DNA from: Eledone cirrhosa
Lineage: Eukaryota
NCBI GenBank assembly: GCA_964016885.1
Contig: OZ024743.1
Span: forward strand, 213,714,001-213,778,000
Reading direction: 5' to 3'
Length of the DNA stretch: 64,000 nucleotides
Part shown: positions 1 to 11,854 of the stretch, piece after piece
Layout of the letters: each line of letters opens with the position of its first letter
Position numbering within the stretch: position 1 is the first letter of the stretch
The notes under the pieces: generated by a model
What the model was told of the DNA's origin: nothing
Databases searched by the model: none
What the model saw: the letters and a program-made list of their open reading frames with translations, nothing else
Made by a program: the position numbers and the translations under genes

Positions 1-886
1 CATGTGTGGGGAGAACAGCTGCCATAGGCAACTCAAATGAAAATAAACAATCACCTTTATTGAGAATATTGAAATGCGGATCCTGAATTGAAAAATAGTT
101 CTCGTCGAGTTGAGAAAGTGTGTATACTCTCGAGCAATTTAAACCAAAATAAGTGAGTGCTAATTCTTTTCCTCATAAGACGAAATAATATATTTAATAC
201 AAAAGTGTTTTTAAAATATAGATTTTTAAATTGAAGTATTCCATAAAATATAACTGAACATTTTCCTCCTTCACCAATTTTCTCTTTCCTCTCTCTCAAA
301 CATATTTTAACTATCTTTTTCACTCACTACCCTTTCCCTCTCTTGTCCACATTTGATAAGTTCCTTCATCATTCAAACAAACAATCAAACTGAATTTAAA
401 ATTTATAAACACTCCATTTGTATTTTCGGATTCATTTATGGGATGAATATAAACTAGAATCCAATATTGAATGCATTATCCTACAAAGAGAAACTAGATA
501 TATACGTAGGTGTGGTTACGGGTACATGTCGCACTTAGTTCTACAATCTGTTAGATCGCTTAAGCTGGTAGATAACTACCTGGTAGGCCAATAAAAACGC
601 GCTTAAAGTGATTCTAAACCGATTGAATCCACGAGGGATAGAATTATTCGTCGGGGAACACGATGGATTTCACAAGGAAAGGATCGCTGTAGAATAGTTA
701 TTCAATCTCCGGGACTGTGTGAAAAATACGACTAACGCCAACCAGGGATATATCATACTTCCGCAGGGTAAAGTCAAAATTCGATTTAGAAAACATGTTG
801 GATATAAACAGATGGTACACTGCTCCGACCAACAGCTAGCCACGTCTCTAGAGGATCAAGAGTAAAGGGTAAAGGTAAGTGATATC

Positions 887-927
<41 letters not shown>

Positions 928-930
<3 letters not shown>

Positions 931-2860
931 GTGGTTACACAACAGTTAGTTCGCCATAACGAGAACAATTGTTTCACCTTAGCGGATCCTCAGCTCGGAA
1001 TGAGCATGGTTATAGGAACAGGAAGGAAACCGTACAAACTCGCTTGCGCAGAAACCCGGTTACTTCACACAGGCACTACTAGACTGCGTGCGAGAGGTGT
1101 AAGGGAGATAACTGCGAAAGTCCGAAAAGTTTTTAGGTTGAAAATAAAATTACAAAGAATCAGTCCGGAGTCTTGTGGTTATTCAATAGGTGTTTGGCGA
1201 CGTGTGGACAACGTGTGAAAAATTCATTTCTCGTGTTTAGGCAATCACTATTGCGTAATCTCTTTAGAATAGTTATTCGTTCGTTAATACATAAGTCACA
1301 CGTCGGATTTCCCCTTGCGTATGGCTTGGACTTAGTGATGGCTTTCTATTGAATGGAGTAGTCTATACTTGAGTCCTTAAGGGACCATACGTGGCTCGCG
1401 AGTTTCGTGGATGAACGTCTGTCCGGGTACCTGAAGGTAAGCTGGTGGTTCAGGATACGTTCCTTAAACCGCCATGCCCACATAGGATTTGACCTCCTGT
1501 GGTTCGTTTGGTCGGTTGGAAGTGACCACGGCTTCATACATTACAGCTGGTGCGTTGCATTGCTGTTGAATTTGGCAAGCTTCAGGCTTACGGCAAGAGC
1601 ACCCTGGTGGGGTGTTGCTCCTAGGGATGCTGGTGATGTCGGCCTTCATGTTCTTAGCGCAGGAGTATCCTAGTTTAACTTTGTGTCGGTTAAAGCTGGA
1701 GCGGTATTTATGACCTATGGGAAAGTGTCTATCTAAGAGGGCTAGACATTCTTTTCCTACATTGGTTTTAACGTTGAGTGAGAAGGGAGGAGAGAACCAG
1801 ATAGTTTGTCTATTGTTGCGCTCACTTTTCTTAATGGTGTTGTTGCTAGTGGGAGAGTAAGTGATAGGTTGTGAGAAACCGCTGTTAGCCAATGTCGTGT
1901 TATAGTAGGGTGCCACCCTGTCAAAGATAGCCTTATTAGAGGAGAGGTTTGAGATTCTAGTACTGATATTCTTAACGAAGTTTCTAAAAACAGTGTGAGG
2001 GTGGCATGAGTCCTTGTGAATGTAATTGAGTTTCTCGTTTAGCTTATGGAAGGGTCTGTGTGTGTGTGTGCGAAGGTCTAAATTAATGTCTAAGAAATCT
2101 ACGCTAGAGAGGTTGGTGGCTACTGTTATCCTAAGTCAGAACTCATTGAAGTTAGAAGCTAAGTCTCTTTTAAACCGGTCGAGGTCGTGACCACTTTTAT
2201 GGCTCGATAAAGTCAGTCCATCGTCGCGGTATATTCCCGTGTGGAAGTCCTGGAATCTAACACGTAATATGTCTAAGATAAATAGGCCAACCAAGTCACA
2301 TACGTCAGCACTGCCAAACGTTCCCATGGAGACGTCGAATAGGTCTGAAGTTGTAGACTTCATTGCCCAGGCTACTCCGTCGTTGAAGAGGAGGTTTTTG
2401 CGGCAGTGAGCGATGATTTCCCTGTCTAAACAATCGACGGTGGTATAAGTGGTAGTGAAGTCCAACGCTTTGTTTAACAGGGTCTCTGAGATCGACGGGT
2501 AAAAATCAACAATGTGTGAACTTTTTGGGGGGGATTTTAAGGAGTTAAACCACTTAATTACTGAGTCGCTGTTCTCCCACTGGGGTAGATTGGATTTGGT
2601 CCTAATGGTCTTAACTATGTTTCTGAGTATGGCCTTACTGACTAGTCTCATATCTCTGCGTACCGGGTTTATTAGTCTACATGTGGGGTTAGAAGTAAAG
2701 TCTAACTTGTGATCTTTCAGGGTGAGAAACATCTTCCGCTTAGCTAGAGATTGTAGCTTCTTATCTACCTTAAGGTCGGCGTCAAGTTCCTTGGCTTCTG
2801 TATTAATGTCGTGGTAGGCCATAGGGTTAGCTTTCTTATACTTAGAAGTAATAGCGTTAT
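928..2860 (-). mobile_element. Decayed Naiad-type Penelope-like element, family A (left arm)
   Basis: Frameshifted ORF pieces 2136-2822 (LKDHK..CRLINP, MG..GSAD, YRDDG) and 1464-1916 (WFSPPFS, CSCR..C, YVG); 3' end abuts (TA)n. Confidence 0.9.
960..997 (-). ncRNA. Type I hammerhead ribozyme, family A 3' end
   Basis: Minus strand CGAG-CTGAGGA-T CC GCTAA GG T-GAAA-C AATT G TT-CTCG; stem I CGAG/CTCG, palindromic stem III; degenerate copy on + at ~3228-3265. Confidence 0.65.
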
Positions 2861-2863
2861 GGG

Positions 2864-3360
2864 TACTCCATTCAATGGAAAGCCATCACCAAGTCCAAGC
2901 CATACGCAAGGGGAAATCCGACGTGTGGCTTATGTATTGATGAACGAATAACTATTCTAAAGAGATTACGCAATAGTGATTGCCTAAACACGAGAAATGA
3001 ATTTTTCACACGTTGTCCACACGTCGCCAAAGACCTATTGCATAACTACAAGGCACCGTACTGATTCTTTGTAATTCTATTTTTAACATAAACACTTTTC
3101 GGACTTTCGCAGTTATCTCCTTTAGACCTCTCACACGCAATCTAGTATTGCCTCTGTGAAGTGACTGGGTTTCTGCGCATGCGCGTTCGTACGGTTGTCC
3201 TTCCTATTCCAATTACTATGCCCATTCCAAACTGAGGATTTGCTAAGGTGAAACAATTGTTCTCAGTATGGTGAACTAACTGTTGTGTAATCAATTCTAC
3301 CTAACTCGTCCCATGGACTGAGTTGTCTATCACTACGGATGTTACCTTCCAGTGTTCCAC

Positions 3361-3363
<3 letters not shown>
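2864..3363 (+). mobile_element. Inverted 3' arm of family A PLE
   Basis: Diverged reverse complement of ~928-1360 (GIY-YIG C-terminus plus 3' UTR), followed by (TA)n. Confidence 0.88.
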
Positions 3364-3402
<39 letters not shown>

Positions 3403-3587
3403 ATAATAATATTGTTTATACTTCTATATACACTATATATAATTATAAACAGGAAAGGTCAGTAATTCATTACTACCTTATTGCCAGTAAGAAAAATACC
3501 TCAATGTAAATACATCAGATGTTTTACAGAGCCGAAATATAAATATATATCCATGTGATTTTGTTATATTTGTGTTTAATATAACAC

Positions 3588-3646
<59 letters not shown>

Positions 3647-3699
3647 CATATAGTATATTATGTACAGGAGAGAACACCGTTCTTACTTAGCCAGGTGTA

Positions 3700-3738
3700 A
3701 AGGGAAAATTATAAGATCAAATAATGACTAACATAAAT

Positions 3739-3783
<45 letters not shown>

Positions 3784-3861
3784 GATATGGTACATATTTC
3801 TCAGACATGACACCCTTAATTTAACTTTGGATATATATATATATATATGCATTATTACCAA

Positions 3862-3909
<48 letters not shown>

Positions 3910-3915
3910 ATAATA

Positions 3916-3962
<47 letters not shown>

Positions 3963-4048
3963 TCGCTAATAATGCAAGTGTATATATATATATATATATA
4001 TACAAAGTTAAATTAAGGGTGTCATGTCTGAGAGACATGTACCATATC

Positions 4049-4107
<59 letters not shown>

Positions 4108-4143
4108 CTATGTTAGTCATTATTTGATCTTACATTTTTCCCT
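3700..4143. repeat. Inverted repeat pair (3700-3830 / 4003-4143) interleaved with (TA)n
   Basis: aaagttaaattaagggtgtcatgtctgaga and atgttagtcattatttgatctta occur in both orientations. Confidence 0.75.
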
Positions 4144-5112
4144 GGGACGTAATCCTGGTATATATATAAGCATTTCTAAGTTCAATTTTATACCTAATTG
4201 TGTATGGTTGACCGTATATTTAATTAATTTCCACGTGCTGTTGAAATGTTGGGTAAATATTCTATGGCGGTTGGCCGCGAAGAGGCTGCTATCGTTTATT
4301 TATTTACTGTTTCTTCATAGGTGCCTTTTAATCTTATAGCCTGGCCTAATTGCTTTTTTGTGTGGTTAATTATGCTAATTGGGAGAGGAAATGATGTATA
4401 TATATATTATAAAATGATTCTATTGACATGCTTTACTTTATAGTATATTGCTTTGATTATTTAATTTATTAATTCTTCATTGAGCCATATCGTGAATGGT
4501 TGCCAAAACACATATATATCTGTGACTTTGTTTAATTGGTGTATATGTAAATATTTATATTTAATAATCTCCTATAAGATTGAGATGCAATTTGGGCAAT
4601 ATTGGGCTGCGCTTTCTAGCACCCAACCCACTCGCCGAAAGCAACCAATCACACTTTTTCTGACTCGACCACTGACACGTCACAGTTCTTAGACATTTTG
4701 AATTCGTGTTTGGCGGGGGCCAGTTAAGAAAATAATCTGTCCGAGCGAGTTTGTCCCCTGAAGAGTTCGAAACTCGAGATTTATCCTTAATATGATATCT
4801 CAAAATGAGAACGAAACCCAAGGGTCGGGATATAATTCTGGTATGTGTATAAGCATTTCTATACCTAATTGTGTATGGTTGACCGTATATTTAATTAATT
4901 TCCACGTGCTGTTGAAATGTTGGGTAAAATATTCTATAGCGGTTGGCCGCGAAGAGGCTGCTATCGTTTATTTATTTACTGTTTCTTCATAGGTGGCTTT
5001 TAATCTTATTGCCTGGTCTAATTGATTTTTTGTGTGGTTAATTATGCTAATTGGGAGAGGAAATGATGTATATATATTATCAAATGAATCTATTGACATA
5101 CTTTACTTTATA

Positions 5113-5113
<1 letters not shown>
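4144..5113 (+). mobile_element. Non-coding HHR repeat (retrozyme-like): 683-bp unit plus ~290-bp partial second copy
   Basis: 4144-4440 is repeated at 4827-5113; an HHR spans the junction; no ORF of note. Confidence 0.75.
4751..4833 (+). ncRNA. Type I hammerhead ribozyme with 48-nt stem II
   Basis: GTCCC-CTGAAGA-GTTC..GAGAT..ATCTC..GAAC-GAAA-CCC AA GGG-TC-GGGAT; canonical core, GUC cleavage triplet. Confidence 0.85.
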
Positions 5114-5203
<90 letters not shown>

Positions 5204-5219
5204 GAATATAAAATGAAAG

Positions 5220-5880
5220 TGCTTTTATAAAGGAATTTATTAGGTATTGACATATGTTTCTGTAACAGACGGAATACCAATGTATCGCTGCTTGCGTAAT
5301 CATATAATGTTAGCAAGTATTCGATAGCAAATGTATAATCAGTTGTCACTTCTTCAGAGATATTGGATAACTTGGAAAAAATCAGAAAAATTGAAGTATT
5401 TATATTAGTTGTAAGAAAGGAAGAAGAGAGGAGAGAGTATATGACAGATGGCAATTCAATTTACTGGTAAACAAGTATATAGAAGTGTTTTTAATGAGAA
5501 TACAATGAGTATATGGCTTATTTTATCTAAATAAGAATTTTGGGGAGTGCCTATTTTAATCTATACTTGACCAATTGAAAAATGGACAGGGCTGGTCGTT
5601 TGGTGTAGTAGTATTAATAGATATAAAGTGTCAATTAAGGAAGAGGGAGATTTTCACTGCTATTGTATAAAAACAATGCTGGTAGCCTGCTGTTATATGC
5701 ATTAGGGGATTGAATTAAGAAATCTCATTTTATCTATAGCAGTTTATATTAAAGGGTAAAGAATAGAAGAGTTGATAGAATTAAGACTAATAGAGAATGT
5801 TAATATGTATTTTGAAAATCAAACGGAGATGGAGACAGGCGCTCAATCCTGGTAGCGTTTTCTACATTTTCTCAGGAATA
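5220..5880 (-). pseudogene. Possible highly decayed retroelement RT fragment
   Basis: Weak PLE-RT-like remnants (TSIFL..LSNI..TTDYTF) between (TA)n tracts; not firmly recognisable. Confidence 0.25.
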
Positions 5881-5966
5881 TAATTTATACTCGTTGAGCT
5901 AACCTACACGTACGCTGTTCATCTCTAACATGACGATATATTATCACTACATTATTGATAACTTGA

Positions 5967-6307
<341 letters not shown>

Positions 6308-6670
6308 AGGAACAGGGGCTGTGTAGTTGCTGGAAAAGGTGTACTTATAAATAAGAGGAAAGCAAGAACAGTAGAACATTTTCCTTCATCTGTTGTCTGC
6401 TGGGGGTCCTGGACATTTCAACGCATCAAAGACAATATATTTATCCCCAGTGCGTCAATAGCTCAAGGAAGTTATTGGGGAAAAAAGGGAAGAAAGAGAA
6501 AAATTAGTAACAGAAGGGAATAGCGAAGAAAAAGTGAAGAAAAAGGAAAAAATAGGAAAAAAACAGCGAAAAAAACAAACAAACGGAAAAAGACAAACCG
6601 AAAAGGGAAACCCGAAGCACATATGTGTGAGCAATTCGAAGAGAGAATATATATATAATGATAATAATAA

Positions 6671-7135
6671 TTGTTTCTACTTTTGGCACAAGGGCTGCGC
6701 TTATCCCAGTCCATTACTGGTGCTTTATTTTATCGACCCCATAAGGATGAAAGGCAAAGTTAACATCGGCGGGATTTGAACTCAGACAATAAAGGGCCGT
6801 AACTCTATGCTGCAAAGCATGATGTCCGATTCTCTACCGATACTGCCAATCGGCCGCCCTATATGATAATTGTTTCTACTTCTGGCACAAGGCCAGCAAT
6901 TATCCCAGTGTATCACTGCTGCTTTATTTTATCGACCCCGTAAGGATGAAAGGCAAAGTTAACCTCGGCGGAATTTGAACTCAGAATAGCAAGGGCCGTA
7001 ATTCTATGCGTCAAAGCATGACGTACGATCCTCTACCGATACTACCAATCCACCGCCCTTATATATGATAATAATAATTGTTTCTACTTTAGGCACAAGG
7101 CCAGCAATTACTCAGTGCATTACTAGTACTTTATT
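6671..7135 (-). mobile_element. Tandem tRNA-derived SINEs (6671-6860, 6870-7059, partial 7078-7135)
   Basis: Pol III A box TGGCAGTATCGG and B box GAGTTCAAATCC on minus strand; central gcctttcatccttacggggtcgataaaataaag; (ATT)n tail. Confidence 0.9.
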
Positions 7136-7684
7136 ATATATGATAATAATAATAATAATGGTTACTGAACGAAGTCATCGGATAGGAGCGAAATAAGCCA
7201 GTAACACTCACTCAAGGAATAAAATAAACCAGTAATATTAAGATAGCAACCAAAAAGGAAAGCAGAGTGCACACTTATACATTAAATACTGAGAAAAACG
7301 ATTTCGCGTGGGTATAGAGTTTGATTCTATGGCCTCGGGCTAATGCATTAGTTTCTACCTCTCCATATACTGGCGACAGTCCATATATAGCTGGCATGCT
7401 CTGAAATTGGGTAATACTATTAAGCATTAGGTAATTGGCTAAGAACAACTAGTCTTATTATTGGAAACTATTTATTTCAAATTTTGGCCGACGTTCATAA
7501 CTTATCATAACCGATTTTAATATTTTGTTAAACCAAAAAGAATGGAGTAGATAGTTACTATATAAGAGAAATTATTATAGACATACAATGTATATGAGTC
7601 CTTACATCTGAGCATGCTAAACGTCTTGAAAATAGACCCATGTCATAAGCATCATATATATATATATATATATTTATATAATGT

Positions 7685-10600
7685 ATAAAAATCAATACAA
7701 TATAATTACCTCATTACTAGAGGTTTCCCGAATGAGGCGAATACGAAAGAAACGTCTTCATTCATTCGTCAGACGAGGCAATATAAAACATGGCTAAATA
7801 CTTGGAAAGTCTCATCAAGAAAAGCAAAAGAATTATATAAATATAGACAAATGAATTACAATAGCCATATGAAATATATAAAAATCTTTCAAGAAATATA
7901 GTTAGGTGTGTGTATATGTATGTATATACGCTCACAGATGTACATATATGTGTATGTACACATGTATACGTATAGTGAAAAAGTGTGCGTAAATATATAT
8001 GTTAGGGCAAGTGTATCTGTGTATCTGTAAACTACAGACAGACATGATGTGGTTTTCTGTTTGGCAGGTACACAGAAAAAATAGGGTAATAGATACATTA
8101 TAAGAATATGAAGGCACGCGTATAAACACACCGACTCGCACGTACACTTATATGCGGAAGTAAAAGAGGTGAGGGAGTGTAATAATTAAAAGAAAGTATC
8201 ATTCTCGATATATTTATAAAAATGGAACAATAATTTAGAAAGAAAAAATTAAAGAAAAGAAGACAAACAAGGTACACGCATACACACACACACGTATATC
8301 TACAAGAAACGTATATCTATAAGAAATATATATATATACACGCAAAAAACGTGCAGACAAACGCGTATGCAAGCACATCTACACACACAGGATATACATA
8401 TATACGCATATACGCCTCGCCCCATGTATATCTAATCACGCGCACGCACGCGACTCTATACACACTCGCACACACACACACACAAAAAACACAAAAATAT
8501 ACATGCTTATATACACACGCACACTTACACATCCATACATTCGATACGTACACACACACACACATACATACACTCACGCATATTTGCCTGTTTGCATACA
8601 CACGCATAAAAATGAGGATGTAAAAAAAGAAAGAACAAAAAAACAAAACAAAAAAACATAGATGTAAAAACACGGATATAAAGAAACATATATATATACA
8701 CATATATATATATATATATACACGCACGCGCGCGCACATACGGAGGCGCTCGTGTACATATATAGAACGTATACACACATTAAGGCGTTCAGACACATAG
8801 ATACAGGGTGTAAAAAACTTGTGGATAAGTAAGTACAAATATAAAATTATAAGATTGGCTGCGAAAAAATAAAAAATAAAAATAAAAAATATCTGGAGTG
8901 GAAAACGCAAGTGACTTTTGTAATCAGTTAGTGAAGAAAATAGGGAAGTAAAAAGTGGAAAGTGAAGATATTAGGTAAGTGAATCGGAGAATAAAGGGGA
9001 GTGGGGGGGTTATTGGTGGATGTGAAGTAAAAATAAAAATAAAAATAAAAATAAAAATAAAAATAAAAATAAAAATAAAAATAAAAATAAAAATAAAAAT
9101 AAAAATAAAAATAAAAATAAAAATAAAAATAAAAATAAAAATAAAAATAAAAATAAAAATGAAATTAATAATAAGGATAAAAATGAAAGTAAATCAAAAA
9201 GGGTAGTTATAAAGAGAATAATAAGAGTTTATGGAGGATAAGTATCTGAAAGTGTGTTAAGTTTATATGAGCTGGAAAGCAGGTGTGATTTCATGTGTGG
9301 GCAACTGGTGAAAATTTCCGTCTTTGTGTTCAGGCAGGTCTTTGGTGATTTAAGATTTTGCAAGATCCAATATTTTTCATTTATGCAGTGCATTTTCTTG
9401 TTTTCCTTGCATATTCTTTAGATTGGTTCAAAATTGACCAATCCAATTTATATTGAATACCTTGGTCTTTCAAATCCCATATTCTGCTAGCCAGAGCTGT
9501 TGTAAATCTTTTTTCTGGATGTCGAAAGGATGCGACATGTGAGTAATAACGCGTTTTGAATTTGTCTTGCGTCATACCCACATATCGTTCACTGCTGGCT
9601 GGATGGTTGTTGCTGATGGTTGTCACTTTAGCCGCATATACAATGGCTTTGGTGTTGCATTTACCTTGTAATGGGAATTCACTTTTGATTCTACAGGAGC
9701 AATTTTGATGTTCTCTAGGTGATTTTTTGTTGATGATATAGGACTTAATAGGGGGACCGCAGGAATAGCTAATTTTGACACAGTTTCTATTAAAGATCTT
9801 ATAGTATCTATGTGTTCTAGGGAAATGTTTATCTAGGAGCTCTAGGAATTTTTTGCCTACATTAGTTTTAACTGCTAGAGAGTAGGGGGGGGGGGGGTGA
9901 ACCAGATTATTTTTCTTTTCCTGTTTTTATGTTTAATAGAGTTAGTATAGTTGGGTATGTATTTAATCGGTTCGCTAAAACTGATATTTTGGAGGGCTTT
10001 ATTATAATAGGGGGATGCCTTATTAAAAATAGCTTCTGAGGAAGAGAGGGTGGAGATCCTACGGCTAATATTAGGGATAAGGTTTTTAAAAACTATAGGT
10101 GGATGGCAAGAGCCTTTATTTATATATTTTAAGTTTTCATTAGGTTTATGGTATGGTTTATAAGAAGCAGTAGGCAAATCTAGGTTTATATCTAGGAAAT
10201 CTACATTGGAAAGGTTAGTGTCAATAGTAATTTTATGATTAAAACTAGCGAAGGTTTTTATTAAGTCTTTCCTTAATCTATCTAAGTTATGGCCTATGGT
10301 GGTATGGGAAAGTATTAATCCATCGTCGCGATAAAGCCCCAAAATATGGTTAGGAAATTTTTCTTTAAGTGTGTGTAGGAGGAATAGGCCGACCAAATCA
10401 CAAACATCAGCACTGTCATAAGAGCCCATTGAGACATCAAATGGGCTCTCTGGGTTAGATATTTTTACCCAAGTGTCATTATCAGTAAAGAGTAGAGTGT
10501 TTCTAGCGTGCAAGATGACATTCTCTTCAATATCGGAGATATTAGTAAACCTTCTAGCGAAATATAAAGCTTTCGCTAAAAGGGTCTGAGTGATAGATGG

Positions 10601-11052
10601 GTAGAAATCTACAATGTCAAATTGGGTGAATCTAGAACTATTTTTGTTTTTAATATTATTAAACCAATGTACTACGGAAGAGCTATTTATCCATTGGAGT
10701 AATTTAGACTTACTTCTAATGTGTGTATTTATATTATTTAACATTTTTTTGCTGGCAAGACCAGGGTTGATTAATCTACAACTAGGACGATTAATAAAGT
10801 CGGGTTTGTAATCTTTAAGGGTGATATACGCATTCGTTTAGCAAGTTTTTCTGTCCTATTATCTATTTTTAAAGAAACAGCTAATTCTTTAGCTTCCTTA
10901 TTTATATTATGATACGTGTTTATATTAGCTATTTGGTATTTAGAGGTGATATTATCTATTAATAGTTGGTCGTGTAAATTATTGTTAACTTCATATAGGT
11001 TTTTAGTTTTATCGGAGAAGATGAACTTATTATTAGAAGATTTACAAGTTCT
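7685..11052 (-). mobile_element. Decayed Naiad-type PLE, family B (left arm)
   Basis: SDKT motif in 10771-11124, RT 9875-10744 (FDIVDFYPSI, MGSYDSAD, YRDDG), GIY-YIG 9381-9626 (YVGMT..FKTRY..H); long microsatellite-rich 3' UTR. Confidence 0.92.
7706..7781 (-). ncRNA. Type I HHR of family B (38-nt stem II)
   Basis: TTGCCTCGT-CTGACGA-..GAATGA..TCATTC..-GAAA-CCTCTAG-TA-ATGAGGTAA; 9-bp stem I. Confidence 0.75.
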
Positions 11053-11814
11053 GGCTAGCAGAATATGGGATTTACAACAGCTCTGGCTAGCAGAATATGG
11101 GATTTGAAAGACCAAGGTATCCAATATAAATTGGATTGGTCAATTTTGAACCAATCTAAAGAATATGCAAGAGGAACAAGAAAATGCACGCTCTGCATAA
11201 ATGAAAAATATTGGATCTTGCAAAATATTAAATCAGCAAAGACCTGTCTGAACACAAAGACGGAAATTTTCACCAGTTGCCCACACATGAAATCACACTT
11301 GCTTTCCAGCTCATATAAACTTAACACACTTTCAGATACTTATCCTCCATAAACTCTTATTATTCTCTTTATAACTACCCTTTCTGATTTACTTTCATTT
11401 TTATCCTTATTATTAATTTCATTTTTATTTTTATTTTTATTTTTATTTTTATTTTTATTTTTATTTTTATTTTTATTTTTATTTTTATTTTTATATATTT
11501 TTTTATTTTTACTTCACATCCACCAATAACCCCCCACCCCCTTTTATTCTCCGATTCACCTACCTAATATCTTCACTTTCCACTTTTTACTTCCCTATTT
11601 TCTTCACTAACTGATTACAAAAGTCACTTGCGTTTTCCACTCCAGATATTTTTTATTTTTATTTTTTATTTTTTCGCAGCCAATCTTATAATTTTATATT
11701 TGTACTTACTTATCCACAAGTTTTGTACACCCTGTATCTATGTGTCTAAACGCCTTAATGTGTGTATACTTTCTATATATGTATACGAGCGCCTCCGTAT
11801 GTGCGCGCGCGTGC

Positions 11815-11848
<34 letters not shown>

Positions 11849-11854
<6 letters not shown>

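Noticed and set aside
1-330. Possible GIY-YIG C-terminal remnant at the window start
   Set aside because: Too degraded and truncated to support
6671-7059. tRNA genes
   Set aside because: A and B boxes belong to SINE heads; no cloverleaf
8979-9206. KIKIKI ORF
   Set aside because: (AAAATA)n repeat within the family B UTR
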